NCBI GenBank assembly: GCA_030390025.1
Contig: CM059432.1
Span: forward strand, 134,666,001-134,726,000
Reading direction: 5' to 3'
From: Squalus acanthias
Taxonomy: Eukaryota
Length of the DNA stretch: 60,000 nt
Position 1 is the stretch's first letter, and the number at the start of each line of letters is the position of its first letter. Below, piece by piece: positions 1-13,844 of the stretch. A program made the translations under genes and the position numbers. Under the pieces are notes generated by a model. It made no database searches. It was not told the DNA's origin and saw only the letters and a program-made list of their open reading frames with translations.

Positions 1-271
1 TTGAGTGATCTAAGGCAAAGGCATTGTTCAACTATAAACCTCCAGTTAATCACAGGTGGTGGTCGAATACCAACTGTTTTTGAGAAGAAAAAGAAGTTAC
101 TGAAAACTTTTTAAAGCCGGATGGTATAGAACAGATTTAGAGAAATGTATGGAGCCAAATCAGTTTTCTTGACGACATCTTTTTAAAGACCAAATTAAAC
201 AGGTTGATCTTATTTTACATTACTGATGTCCTAACACTGACAAAAGTTGTTACCTTGAGAATGACCTAGAA

Positions 272-372
272 CGGTTGTGAAGAAGGGTCACAGACCTGAA
301 ACGTTAACTCTGTTTCTCTCTCCACGGATGCTGCCTGGCCTGCTGAGTGTTTCCAGCGTTTTCTGTTGTTAC
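272..372 (+). mobile_element. Penelope-like terminal repeat fragment with degenerate hammerhead core
   Basis: gtgaagaagggtcacagacctgaaacgttaactctgtttctctctccacggatgctgcc matches the terminal repeat of the element at 31292; CTGA is mutated to GTGA. Confidence 0.75.
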
Positions 373-989
373 TAGCATGGACATGTTGGGCTGAATGGCC
401 TGTTTCGGTGCTGTATATTCCATATAATATGGCTCGGGCAAGACTACTAAACGGAGACTTAAATTCTTTAGCATTAGATATTATTCTTTAACGTCTTGCT
501 GCTTCAACTTTCAAAGTATTTTTTTAAATGATTTCATATTTAAAGGATTGAGGTCCTAATTAATACTGACATTTGGCATCAGGGATGAGTTAAGCTGACC
601 CTTTTGTCTCCCTAACAAAAGCCAGCAGTTGCTTAGGATTATTTGTTATCCATCTCCCTTTTCCTCCTTCACTCAGAGGTATGATTGCACAGGTGCCTAC
701 AATGCCACTGAAGTGGGAATTCAGGCCTGCACTTGGCTAGTGAGTGCTGGCATGCTATTAAATAACAATGAATATATATTTGCATATATATGCAGTCTAC
801 TCCTGTTAATTCAATTTTTGTGCTCATCAATTATTAACTTTGGATTAACAGGAATTTAAAAAAGTATTATTTCTTGATATATGGGCGTCGCTAACAAGGC
901 CAGCATTTGATTGCCCAGCCCTAGTTGCCTTGAGAAGCTGGTGGTGGTGAGCCTCCTTCTTGAACTGCTGCAGTCCTGTGTGGTGAAGG

Positions 990-1145
990 CACGTTCCCTT
1001 TAAGCTGCGCAGCACTCTGGAGGCCCCGCACAGCCGGCTCACTGGCTTTTAAATGAAAAAACCGCGCATGCGTGGAATTTTGAATGGGCTGCGCAGCCCG
1101 TTAAAGGGGCCTCGTAGTCCCCCCCAAAAATTAGAGGGAACATTT
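990..1145. mobile_element. ~150-bp hAT-like MITE inside a LINE 3' tail
   Basis: Ends cacgttcccttt / agagggaacatt; homologous to 30366-30494 and 43611-43757. Confidence 0.7.
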
Positions 1146-1749
1146 CTACCACAGTGCTGTTAAGTAAGGAGTAGGTTGTCGCGCCTTAGTACAGTGAAAT
1201 GTCTCAAAGTGTTTCAGGCAATGCATTAATTTTGGAGTGCCGTGACACTTGCTAGGTTGGCCAATGCAGGTTATTTGACTGTAGAGGCCTAATCCTGTTC
1301 ATATGTACACATGTGGAACACTGGACAAGATGGATCAAGAATGGGATCCTGACTGACTTCCCTTCACTAGCCAAGAGGGTGCTGAGGCAAATTAAAGCGC
1401 CCGTCACCATCTGGGTTAACAGCCCAGAACAGAGGTCAAACCTGGGACCTTGCTGGTCTGTATGATTCAGCAGTAAAGTGCAAAAGGCATTGTCACATCG
1501 CACGTGGTTGGTTTCGCTACAATAAAAATGGCACGCAGGTGTTTCCCCGTGACAAGTTACACTGTGCTTTGTTAACTGACAGACCATAAGTTTATGTACT
1601 CAATACAATTCCACAATAATTTGTCAAGCATATCTGGACAACGTAGATATTTGATCTTCATTGATCTGATGATGGCGACATCCATGTAAATAATGTGAGC
1701 ATTTGTTCTTTGGTGCCAAATTGTCACAAAAGCTCTATTAATTCATAAT

Positions 1750-2603
1750 GGGGCAGATTTTGCGGTGGGTAAGAAGGCGTACTCCGAGTACGGCATTATA
1801 CCGCCTTTGAAATTGACCGCAAGTTTGGGATTTCTGCATGCGCTTGCGCTAAATCCCAAACTTGCGATCTGTCAACATACGCCTTGACAGATGATCCGCA
1901 CCGCCTTGGAAATCCCAATTGCTGACGCAGAACTGGACTATTTGCCCACCAACTGACCAGCAATTGTGTACGAAAATTCTACGGCTGATGCAAATAGGCA
2001 CAGGGCCTGTTTGCATCAGTGTAAGGGGGTTAGATAGAGACAGTTACTCATTCTATTAGCTCCAGAATGTGATGTAATAAATTGTAAAACTGTCCGAAAC
2101 ACTTCCAATCATTAATGTCCAGATTTTTCAGATCTTTGTTTGGGCTCTGTTGTACTTATGTTTGTATCACCTGTCCATGTTATTTCATATGAAATTTCAC
2201 ACAGCTTCAACGATTTATCAGAACTCTAATTCCTAAATTAGATTCAAGAATTAATTCTCAAATAATTTTTTTCTTAGGTGGGTCTGAGAGTGTCCAGGTC
2301 ATTTTGGAACTATTTATTCTCCTAGTCCTTATAATCATTCTGAAATTACATCGGGTGAAATGCAATATAAAGAACGTTACCAGTATTGGAGGTAGGCACT
2401 TTCCCTTCGGTGTATTGATTGAAGCACCAGGCCCACGTGATCTCAGGTATGCTTCCGCACACGCTGCGCCCCTGGGATGCGTGGGCCATTACGCTGCCCT
2501 CGAGCACGCAGCCTGAGAGAGCAAGTTCACGAAGGAGGGCCCCCATCAGGTAAGTTCATAGTATTTTCGCAGGTCGGAAGCTGCCGACCGCAATTTCTGG
2601 GCC
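1750..2603. mobile_element. Non-autonomous PIF/Harbinger-type MITE (copy D)
   Basis: Imperfect TIR ggggcagattttgcggt / accgcaatttctgggcc; 3-bp TSD aat (1747-1749, 2604-2606); GC-rich ends and AT-rich core. Confidence 0.75.
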
Positions 2604-2611
2604 AATAACAA

Positions 2612-2866
2612 TAATGAATTCAGGAGAAACTTCTTTACCTAGAGAGTGGTTAGAACGTGGAACTCGCTACCACAAGGAGTATCTGAGGCGAATAACATAG
2701 ATGCATTTAAGGGGCAGCTAGATAAGCACATGGGGGAGAAAGGAATAGAAGGGTATGTTGATAGGGTGAGATGAAGGTAGGTGGGAGGAGGCTCGTGTGG
2801 AGCATTAACACCGGCATTGACCTATTGGGCCAAATGGCCTGTTTCTGTGCTGTAAAATCTATGTAA
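2612..2866 (+). mobile_element. CR1 LINE 3' end
   Basis: Encodes an EFRRNFFT-RVVR-WNSLP remnant and carries the CR1 3' UTR gggccaaatggcctgtttctgtgctgta. Confidence 0.85.
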
Positions 2867-3924
2867 CGTAACTTTTTTTTTCGTGCACAACAGCATTTTA
2901 CATAACGAATGCATTTTTTATATAATCAAGCAGAAAATAGTTTTCGTGGGACATTGTTATGTGACATAAACAATATAATCCAAGTTCTTTTTTGGGTAAA
3001 TGTATTTTCAATGATGTCTACTGAATTGTGTTGAACTCTCGTGATGAGCTGAAATGTGGAGAATCCATCATTTAAGAGTATTAAAAAGAGTATGTTGATT
3101 TCAGCACTGGTGGAGCCAATTAAGAGCACACGGTACTGGACAGGACCAAGCTGTTGAAATCAATATGGCATTTTACAGCTCCTTAATGAGCTTTTGAATT
3201 TTACCCATTAAATATTGAAAATGGGGATTTATTACTGAACTATTTTGAGGACTGGATGGAAAGGTAATGCGATTGCTTTTGGCAGATTGTACAATGGCAG
3301 CAACTTAGTCATAAAATAATGACATATGCATTACATCATCAGCAACATATCAATACGAATGTGCCAGTAAATAAATATATATATTACTTTCAATGTTTTC
3401 CTTTTCCCCCTCTACCAGTCTCTCTGGTCCACATGCTATACCCAGATCTAGAGGGTTAGAACAGGGTCTCTGCCTGTGGTGCTCTCCGACCAGCCTTTAG
3501 TGACTCCAAACCACTTTTCCCTTTTACACCCTCACACCCTGCCAGAGATGGGGAACACACCATATATGGAGATAGGTCACAGATCAGCCATGATCTCACT
3601 GAATGGCAAAACAGGCTAAACGGCCTACTCCTGTTCCTATGTTCATATGAGGAGCAGCATGTTGGACCAAAGATCCGGCTAGTCTGAACTGCACTATACT
3701 GGGGGTCCAACACACAAATGTTGCAACAACTGGTAGCAAACATTTCATTATACATTGATTTGAAAAAGCACACAAACCTTCAAAAATATATTTATGTTTA
3801 TTCAGAAATTTATACCGAATAACTATCCCATGGTTCCAATTCATAGCATGAAGGATTACAGATTTTAATTCTTGGGTGTTTAATATAAAATGTTCATTTT
3901 GACAATCGCATAATAAATAATCTT

Positions 3925-4278
3925 TTCCTATCTCTGCAACATCCTCCTGCCCGACAACCCTCCGAGATCTCTGCGCTCTTCCAATTCTGGCCTCTTGAGC
4001 ATCCCCGATTTCCATCGCTCCACCATTGGTGGCCGTGCCTTCAGCTGCCTAGGCCCTAAGCTCTGGAATTCCCTCCCTAAACCTCTTCGCTTTGCCACCT
4101 CTCTCTCCTCCTTTAAGGTGCTCCTTAAAACCTACCTCTTTGACCAAGCTTTTGGTCACCTGTTCTAATATCTCCGTATGTGGCTCGGTGTCTAATGTTG
4201 TTTGCTAACGATCCTGTGAAGCGCCTTGGGACGTTTCACTATGTTAAAGGCGCTGTATAAATGCAAATTGTTGTTGTA
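3925..4278 (+). mobile_element. L2-type LINE 3' end
   Basis: LRS..GLL.IP...GGRAFS.LGP.LWNSLP remnant and tail aaggcgctgtataaatgcaa(ttg)n; related copies near 11805-12110, 27755-28110 and 36995-37240. Confidence 0.75.
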
Positions 4279-4789
4279 AAACGTAGGAGCTGAACCAGAG
4301 CAGTGTGACAGCAGTGAATGAGTTAAGCAGAGTTGCCCACCCAACAAAACTAACAAAAGCAATTGCCTTGCTAAACAATTCTGAGGGGAAATTAAGTTCT
4401 GCATAAAATCGGCCTTCCATTGATAAATGCAGGCTCTGGAGAGACTCCTTACTCGGGTAATGTCTGCTTTTACTCATTATCAGAGTGAACAAAGAACAAG
4501 TAATTGAACTTGACATTACATCTGAAATCTCCAAAGTGTATGTTTTATTACTTACAGTTGCTGCCTATTACAGGTGTGAGAAGTTAGAGAGGAAATCAAG
4601 ATCATATGTGCCGTCGGACGATACAAAACACTACTTTCTAAATTTAGCAAACGAGAGTTAATAAAACAGAAATGCTCTATTTAAACTTAGTCTGATTATT
4701 CTAGTTTCGGGACTCTGCTTAATTTGCAAATTTATATTATTCTACATCCTACTTTACAAACACATGATCCTAATAATCCAGGCGAACTC

Positions 4790-5146
4790 TCCCAGTGCCA
4801 GTGTTGAGGGAGCGCTGCACTGTCTGAGGTGCCATCTTTCGGATGAGACGTTAAACCGAGGCCCCGTCTGCTCTCTCAGGTGGACGTAAAAGATCCCATG
4901 GCACTATTTCGAAGAGGAGCAGGGGAATTTTCCCCGGTGTCCTGGCCAATACTTATCCCTCAATCAACATAAGAAAACAGATCATCATATTTGGCCATTA
5001 GCACATTGCTGTTTGTGGGAACTTGCGGTGCGCAAGTTGGCTGCCGCGTTTTCCACATTACAACAGTGACTACACTTCAAAAGTACTTCACTGGCTGTAA
5101 AGCGCTTTAGGATGGTCTGAAAGGCGCTGTAAAAATGCAAGTTCTT
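4790..5146 (+). mobile_element. SacSINE1-like Deu-domain SINE, 5'-truncated
   Basis: Core ctttcggatgagacgttaaaccgaggccccgtctg and tail aaggcgctgtaaaaatgcaag. Confidence 0.8.
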
Positions 5147-5589
5147 TTATTCATTTAATACAAACGTGCTGCGTCTCTCTGGTTTTAGGGGTGGTTTGAA
5201 ATCCTTGCCTTTTCTAGTTTTTTTTAAAGCTTTTCTCGCCACCAAAGTCAACATCACGCCTTTAGGAGCAGATGGACTGATTTGTTCCCTCCTCAGATGC
5301 GAATGCTGTAAATTTATGCTGCCAGCTGGAGGAATGTTATTGTGGATTTGGCAAACCCTTGTCCAGTTTTAAAACTAGCGGCGAATCTTCTATTCTATCA
5401 GATTAAGAATTACACAAGAAAGATATTCGGGGAAGTATGCTTCTTTGCAGTAGAGCGCTGTTGGGTTGGGTACCATTTATTCACGTAACCTGTCAAGGTG
5501 TCATTAACAATCGTATGAACCGAATCGTGCAATATTGCTACAGCACTATTATTCATCTGTAGATCCTCTACAAATACATAAATGTATAT

Positions 5590-6090
5590 CCCCCACCAGA
5601 GGAAAAGGTTTCTCTCTATCTACCCTATCAAATCCTTTAATCAGCTGAAACACCTCAAAAAGATCACCCCTTAATCTTCTGCACTCAAGGGAATACAAGC
5701 CTCGTCTGCGCAACCTGTCCACGTAATTTAACCCTTTTAGCCTGGTATCGTTGTGGTGAATCTGCGCTGCACCCTCTCCAAGGCAAATATATCCTTCCTG
5801 AGGTGCGGTACCCAGAACTGAACACAGTACTCTAGGTGGGGTCTAACCAGAGCGTTATATAACTGAAGCATAACTTCCACCCCATTGTATTCCAGCCCCC
5901 TTGAGATAAAGGCCAACAGTCCATTAGCCTTTTTAACATGGTGGAAACAGATTCAAAAGTAATTTTCAAAAGGGAATTGGATATAAAATTGAGGAAAAAA
6001 AAATTGTAGGGCAATAGGACCAATTGGATAGCCCTTTCAAAGAGCTGGCACAGGCACGATGGGCCGAATGGCTTCCTTCCGTGCTGTAAG
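5590..6090. mobile_element. Adjacent CR1 fragments in opposite orientations
   Basis: Minus-strand ORF2 C-terminal remnant (5590-5936) followed by a plus-strand CR1 3' UTR. Confidence 0.7.
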
Positions 6091-8439
6091 ATTCTGTGAC
6101 AAACTCACCACCTCTTTATGGTCTTGGAGATTGTAGATCACAGTGAGCTGGAGACAATCTTTACCTGTGCCAAAGATCATCCGATTGTAACTGCAACTCT
6201 GTGAGCTTCTCAAATGCATGCTTAAAAAGTACCCGTATCATTAACCACGATAATTTGCCAAATGTTGCTTTGCCACAGGCAAGCAGTTATAACCTTGGAA
6301 CAAAACTCTGAGACATCTGATTACATGCAACAGGTTGGGATGAACATAAAACTTTGCCACTTAAATTCAACGCAGTAGCACCACAGATGAGCCAAGGAGC
6401 AAAGATTTCGAATGAGCAACAATTTGCATATAAACTGCACCCTCATTAGTACTTAGGAAATAAGTATTGAGTTATAACATGAGGTTCAATTGACGTGAAG
6501 CCTTTAACAAATGTCTCAAAATAAGGTGCAATACGAAAGCCTGAGAACACTAAAGGAATTTAACATTGGGCGACCAATGGTGAGATATAGGTCAGGACGG
6601 TTACAAATTCCCTTACTGTAAAAGGTCAGCACCAAATTGCTCTTTAATACAACTTAGCTGCGACCTTGGGAATGGGACTTGTATCCTGCTGTGAAGTCAC
6701 CATTTGCTGCATGCCAGTCAGTAGAAAAGAGCCGTGGATGCGTGTGCATGTTAAAACAGAGTTTTGATAACAATTTTTAAATTGCAGAAACTGAAATGAG
6801 GCTTTTACTCAAATTGTTTTTTGTCTTCCAACAAAATGTGCAGGAAATCATGAGAGAGAATCTTCAAGTCTGTTTGTGTTCGTGTAGTCCTCTCAGTGAA
6901 ATAAAGATTGTCTGGTGGCGAGGATACAGGTTATTTTGGCAAACTCAGTCTAATAGGAAGTAGCAGCTGACTGCTTAACATTCAAATGTGATTAAAGGAC
7001 AAATGGCATAGCAGGTGCATCCCTCTTATGATTTAATTCAGTCTTCGACGAAGCTCAGACACATCTCGGCACTGTCCCATTTAACACAAAGCAGGAAAAG
7101 CAAAAACAATGCTGGTCTAATAATTAAAATCCCCAGGGATACTACCAGACCATTTGCAATGTTAGTCCAAACCCAGGATACCGATGGATTAGTTCAAAAC
7201 AAGAGACCATTTATTCTATTAGCGCGATTGGCAATTACACCGCATTCATATATTACCGAAATTAACAATCAGAAATATACACAAGAGGAACAACATTGCC
7301 TAAGCCAATAGCACATCCCAGCTCATACACTAATCTTTGGTGATAGATCTGGTCCAGAAATAATAAATAATGCATACATGTCCATGGAGCACCACCTCAC
7401 AAAAAGTGTCCGTAAGGCAAAAAAAAAAAAATCACGAATGGCTGAAATAACCACTGTAAATTTAATGATGTTGATTCACTGAAATATCTCACTGACTAAA
7501 CGCAAAGCAAATCGAAAACCACTTCCATTCACTACCACTCAGCATCAAGCTAGGGTCACAAGAGCAAACAATCAAGTTGTTTTTCAAATCTAACAGTATG
7601 GAACCAGCATCTACCACAAAGGAAACAGACTTCTGAATAATTTTTCTCTCACTTTTCTGGCTTTCATTTTCTTTCTTCACTCAAATCGGTATACAAGCTA
7701 AAAATAACATTTAGAATAACAAAAAAAATTGGCAATTCTGGAAAACAAATGCATCTTTCCCATAAAGGTAGTCACTAAAGCATCCCAATGCTGTTTGTGG
7801 GATCTTGCTGTATTCAAATGGGATGTCATGTTTCCCTACATTACAACAGCGGCTACACTTAAAGCACTTCATTGCCTGAAAGGGTGGTAGAAACAGATTC
7901 AACAGTAACTTTCAAAAGGGAATTGGATAAATACTTGAAAAGGAAAAATTTGGTGGGCTCTGGGGAAAGAGCAGGGGAGTGGGACGAATTGGATTAGCTC
8001 TTTCAAAGAGCCGGCACAGGCACGATGGGCCAAATGGCCTCCTTCTGTGCTGCATCATTCCATTATTCTGCCCATAAAGGTAGTCCCTTAACCAACATCA
8101 CATTGATGTTTGCGGGATCTTGCTGTACGCAAATCGGATCGACGTTTCCTACATTACAACAGTGACTACACTTCAAAAATAATGAGAGAGCTTTGGGGCA
8201 TCCTGAGATTGTGAAAGGGTTCAACACAGGTCTCCAGTCAAGATCGTCAGAAGGAATACACCATGGCAAGCAGTTTAATGCTGCAGTGGCTACATTCACA
8301 GGGGTGTGCAATCCATGTCCCCCAATGCCAACCACGGGCCCCAGCTATAGAGGCGAGTGTGAAAACTCCCCATATATCTAGTGACCCTGCGGACTGCAGT
8401 GCAATTTTCTGTTGGTCATTCAACAAGGTTTGCTCAGGG

Positions 8440-8905
8440 TGTCAGTTTTGCTTATTAGGTCACACTCTTACCCGTCAGAGTCAGAGGGTTGGGAGTTCAA
8501 GTTCCACTCTGGATTTAAGCACCTAATCTGGGTTGATACCTCAGTGCAACACTGCAGGAGTATGCATTGTCAGATGTGCCATCCTTTGGATGAGATATTA
8601 AGCCGAGCGTTCATTTCAGGTTCAGGTGGACGAAAAAGATCCCAAAGCACTGCTTGAAGAGAAGCAGGTAGTTCTCCCGGTGCACTGGCCAAATTCCTCC
8701 CTTAACCACCACCACCAGTTATTCTTTCACTCGCAGTCTCTAGGATCATGCTGCCTCTGGGATTTGCCTGTCTCTGGGTTCTTACTCGGTGCAAGGTTGC
8801 TGCTGTGCCTGCCTACAAAACAACTATGACTCACTTCAATAATAATCAATTGGTTGTAAAGCACTTTGGGACATTGAGGATGCGATAAGGCACTCTATAA
8901 AGGTA
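8440..8905 (+). mobile_element. Diverged SacSINE1-like SINE
   Basis: tRNA-like head gagtcagagggttgggagttcaagt and degenerate Deu core tttggatgagatattaagccgag. Confidence 0.65.
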
Positions 8906-9764
8906 AGCTCACTCTGCGTGTTTCAATTTATTTGAGAGACATTTTAGCTATTGTTATATATTCTCATTTGCTACCTTTGTCTCAGCCATTTTTAAAAAAT
9001 CAGAGCTCGTTGTTTCAATGCCATCAGTAAAATTGACAGCAATGGGATTCACACAAGGATTGATAGATTTGGACTGAACCTGTCAGCGCTCTGCCAGTGA
9101 CGACCAAAAGATAATTAAAGATAATTGAAGAGCTTCAATCTAGCAATCTACACATGTACAAACCTCTGAATAGCAATTCAGAAAGAGAGAGGCAGGGACA
9201 TCTCTTGTGTTTAATATTAATATATAACATCAGTGCATCTAGCTCCTGTAGAAGCAGGAAATCTAAAAGTCCCCAACAGAGGTGGCAGTGACAAGTAAGA
9301 TAGTATGACAACAACAACGTGCATTTACATAGCGCCTTCAACGTAGCAAAAATTTCCCAAGATGCTTCGCAGGAACATCTCCAGACAAAATGTGACACCG
9401 AACCACATAAAGACTAACTGGTGTATAACATTGTAGTTTTCAATCCAGATCCCTGAAGGCAATCAGCACCATCAAACATTGGCCCAGACCTTACTTAAAA
9501 CAGCGATTTTCAAACTCTTAAAATCCCTTGCAAATCCCAACACACCTCCCGCAAATACTGACCTGCTAAAGCAGACATCCCGCAAATAACACGCTCCCTG
9601 GAACTCCTGAAAATACTGAGGTACTCCAGCTGACCTTCTGTAGATATGGACACGCACACAGGGACCCCACCCCCACCCCACTCCTGTCATAACTTCTGAA
9701 AAATACCATCAGCAAAGTAAAACACTGCTGTCACAGAAAATGTTATACAGCAAAGAATCTTACA

Positions 9765-10158
9765 GTACAGTCGACCCATCGCGCCTGTGCCGGCTCACTG
9801 ATAGAGCTATCCAGTTAGTCCCACTCCCCTGCTCTTTGCCCGTAGCCCAGCAAATTTCTACCCTTCAAGTATTTATCCAATTTCCTTTTGAAAGTTACGA
9901 TTGAATCTGCTTCCACCGCCCTTTCAGGCAGTGCACTCCAGATCATAGCTGTGTAAAATGATTTCTCCTCATCTCCCCATCGGTTCTTTTGCCAATTATG
10001 TTAAATCTATGACCCCTGGTTACAGGCCCACCTGCCAGAGGAAACAGTTTCTCCTTATTTACTCTATTAAAACCCTTCATGATTTTGAACACCTCTATTA
10101 AAATCTCCCCATAACCTGCTCTGCTCGAAGGAGAACAATCCCAGCTTCTCTAGTCTCC
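9765..10158 (-). mobile_element. CR1 LINE 3' end
   Basis: Same family as 21318-21780, 40232-40675 and 47703-48262. Confidence 0.8.
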
Positions 10159-10457
10159 AGCAAAAGAAATAATGTGAAAATAAGTCAACAAATGCAGAAA
10201 AATATAGTACACAGAATTCTCAAGGCACGTGCAGACCAGACAAGTCCCGGATAGACCAAAAAATCCAATGACTTTAGGACACTATGGGATGATGGTCTTG
10301 TGGTTTCCATTGTGTGAATCTATGCTTGAAAGAGGTGCATAAAGGCTCCACCAAAAGCGACACCCAAAGATGTAAACCAAAGGTCATGTACAGGTTTCAC
10401 CCATAAAGGAAAAGAATGCTGAAACAACACTAAATTGAAGTTACAAACGAAGTCTAA

Positions 10458-10621
10458 AGCCCCGATTTTAACCTATTTGGGTTCGAAGGCTCAATTTACA
10501 CGCCGCCCGATTCTCGGCTCCACTGAAGTCAATGGACCTTAAAATCTGGCGGAGCATAAATTGGGCGTCCGACCCAAATCTGCACCGTTCTTGCTGGGTG
10601 TGTTATGTTAAAATCGTGGCT
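10458..10621. mobile_element. Short palindromic MITE
   Basis: TIR gccccgattttaac / gttaaaatcgtggc; inner arms cgccgcccgatt / aatctggcgg; centre ccactgaagtcaatgg. Confidence 0.6.
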
Positions 10622-10837
10622 TACATGCATCAGCTTCAGAGGGAAAAAAAACGGCCAGCAATTCGAGAAAGTTGCTTTAACATCTAAAATTTAAACCCAG
10701 AAGTGTTATATTTCAGCATTTCTAGATTTTCTTGTAAACAGTTGAAAAGACAATATTGAAGAGTTATTTAATCTTTTATAACAAATGGTTTCAAATGAAC
10801 TGCATAAAAAAAACCTTTACTTCATAAATCAATATAT

Positions 10838-11805
10838 GAGGAGTTCCTCAGGGCAGCGTCCTAGGCCCAACCATCTTCAGCTGCTTCATCAATGACATTC
10901 CCTCCAACATAAGGTCATAAATGGGGACGTTCGCTGATGACTGCACAGTGTTCAGTGCCATTCGCAACTTCTCAGATAATGAAGCAGTCCATGCCCGCAT
11001 GCAACAAGACCTGGATGACATTCAGGCTTGGGCTGATAAGTGGCAGGTAACATTCGCGCCACACAAGTGCCAGGCAATGACTAGCTCCAACAAGCGAGAG
11101 TCTAACCACTGCCCCTTGACATTCAACGACATTACCCTCGCCGAATCCTCCACCATCCTGGGGGTCACCATTGACCAGAAACTTAACTGGACCAGCCACA
11201 TAAATACAGTGGCAACAAGAACAGGTCAGAGGCTAGATATTCTGCGGCGAGTGTCTCACCTCCTGACTCCCCAAAGCCTTTCCACCATCTACAAGGCACA
11301 AGTCAGGAGTGTGATGGAATACTCTCCACTTGCCTGGATGAGTGCAGCTCCAACAACACTCAAGAAGCTCGACACCATCCAGGACAAAGCAGCCCGCTTG
11401 ATTGGCACCCCATCGACCACCTTAAACATTCACTCCCTCCACCACCGGCGTACCGTGGCTGCAGTGTGTACCATCTACAAGATGCACTGCAGCAACTCGC
11501 CAAGGCTTCTTCGGTAGCACCTCCCAAACCTGCGACCTCTACCACCTAGAAGAACGAGGGCAGCAGGCGCATGGGAACACCACCACCTCCAAGTTCCCCT
11601 CCAAGTCACACACCATCCTGACTTAGAAGTATATCGTCGATCCTTCATCGTCGCTCGGTCAAAATCCTGGAACTCCCTCTCTAACAGCACTGTGGGAGTA
11701 CCTTCACCACACGGACTGCAGCGGTTCAAGAAGGCAGCTCACCACCACCTTCTCAAGGGCAACTTGGGATGGGCAGCGACGCCCACATCCCAGGAATGAA
11801 TTTTT
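10838..11805 (+). mobile_element. 5'-truncated non-LTR retrotransposon, CR1/Jockey-group family 2 (RT C-terminus plus 3' tail)
   Basis: GVPQGSVLGP..FADD RT motifs; ORF 10921-11517 ends at a premature stop; tail gacgcccacatccc. Confidence 0.9.
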
Positions 11806-12243
11806 AAAAACTTGCATTTACATAGCTCCTTTAATGCAATAAAACGTCCCAAAGCACTGTACAAGAGCGTTAACAAACAAAAAGTGACACCAAGAAATAT
11901 TAGAACGAAAAGCTTGGTCAAAGTGATAGATTTTACAGAGCGGCTTCAAGGAGGAGAGAGAGATGGGGGAGTTCATTTCAGAGCTTAGGGCCTAGATGGC
12001 TGGAGGCACGGCCGCCAATGGTGGAATTGAATGAAATCGGGGATGCACAAGAGGCCAGATTTGGAGGAACGCAGAGTTCTCGGAGGGTTGTAGGAGGTTA
12101 AAAAGATAGGGAGGAAAAATGCTGACAAAATGAATCATAAAAAAGCGAACACCTAATCCAACAGACTTAGTTATTGAAATCAATTATTTTTCAGTGTTTG
12201 TGTACATGTACAGCCTGTGTAGTGAATATCATTAAAGACAGTG

Positions 12244-12855
12244 TAGCTGTGGCTCATTTGGTAGCACTCTTACTACAACAACAACAACTTGTATTTCTAT
12301 ACCGCTGAGTCAGAAGGTTGTGGGTTCAAGTCCCACTCCAAGGACTTGAGCACAAATTTAGGCCGACACTTCAGTGCAGTACTGAGGGAGAGCTGCACTG
12401 TCGGAGTTGCCGTCTTTTGGACGAGACGTTAAACCGAGGCCCCCATCTGCCCCCTCACTAAAAGATCCCACAGCACCATTTCGAAGAGGAGCAAGGGAGT
12501 TCTCCCCGGTGTCCTGGACAATATTTATCCCTCAACCAACACCGATCTGGTCATTATCACATTGCTGTGTGTGGGAGCTTGCTGCGCGCAAACTGGCTGC
12601 TGCGTTTCCTACATTCCAACAGTGACTACACTTTAAAAGTACTTCATTGGCTATAAAAGTGGATCTATACTTGAAATGGAAAAATTTGCAGGGCTGTGGG
12701 GAAAGAGCAGGGGTGCGGGACTACTTGGGACAGCTCTTTCGACGAGCCAGCACAGGCACAATGGGCCGAATGGCCTCCTTCTGTGCTGTAAGATGCTATA
12801 AAGCGCTCTGGGATGTCCTGAGGTTGTGAAAGACACTTTAATAAAATCAAGTTTC
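12244..12855 (+). mobile_element. SacSINE1-like SINE containing a CR1 tail insertion (~12657-12794)
   Basis: A/B-box head gtggctcatttggtagc...ggttcaagtccc and Deu core; the insert is flanked by a duplicated gctataaa. Confidence 0.85.
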
Positions 12856-13844
12856 ATTTCTTTTCTTAGAAGTGCTCTGGGAAAGAACTTGAAATGTTGG
12901 TGAATAAGATTTAATATTGAAATGTTCCTGTAAACAGCAGTTGGTTCAGTAGTTTGCCTGTTTGCATGTCAAACACCAATTTATTCAACAGGAGTAGTTG
13001 ATTTTTTGACTTATTTAAGAGTTGGTTTTAGGAAAGAGAACCTGCAGGACGACAACAACAACTTGCCTTTACAAAAACTGGGAAGCAAAGTATAAGGGCA
13101 TTCAGCAAAAGATGTGACATGACTTGCCAAACTAGGAGGATCCCAATCACCTCCAGAACGATGAATTCTACAATCAACGCTTAAGCCCATTTAAAAAATA
13201 AAACACCATGGTCTTGCAGCTGAAAAAGTTGCAAAAGGCTGTCCCATTTCTTCTCCAGAAACAAGTGGGATGACTCATGTCTCATCTTTCCCCTCCTGTT
13301 TTCACAATTAAAAAAATGGATTTCCACTCGGTGATTCATTCCATTGCCCACTGTTGTACTGAGTACACTGTGATTTTTCACCTGCTGCAATTTCCGTGAT
13401 TGACTTGATGGAATTGGGGAACAGGACAAACGTGGAAGCTCGCCGGCAACTGATTTCCATGACGTCAAGGTACCGAGGAACGAGAGCACTGACCCCTTGG
13501 TTGTGTGCAAGTACTCTTGCAACAAATTGAGCGCAATTCCAGAAAAGAAGCTGCAAGACCATCTCCAAACACGTGAAGTCAAATTGCCACAGAAAGCTCA
13601 AGGATGAAGCTGAATGACTAAAACCATCAACCCTGGGAGAGCTCAGCCAAGGCTCCAACACACAGTGAGCCAAGGAGGAGAGAGGCAAAGGTGCAATACT
13701 TGCTATTGTTGGTACCATCAGAAAAGGTAAAGCTCTGCTCACCATTTGTGATGAGGGATTTTGCAAATATTGCCCCGTGACCAAAACTGTGCACAAATAT
13801 GGAATCCTTCAAATAAAACACCAGACTGCATTTCTCGGGATGTG

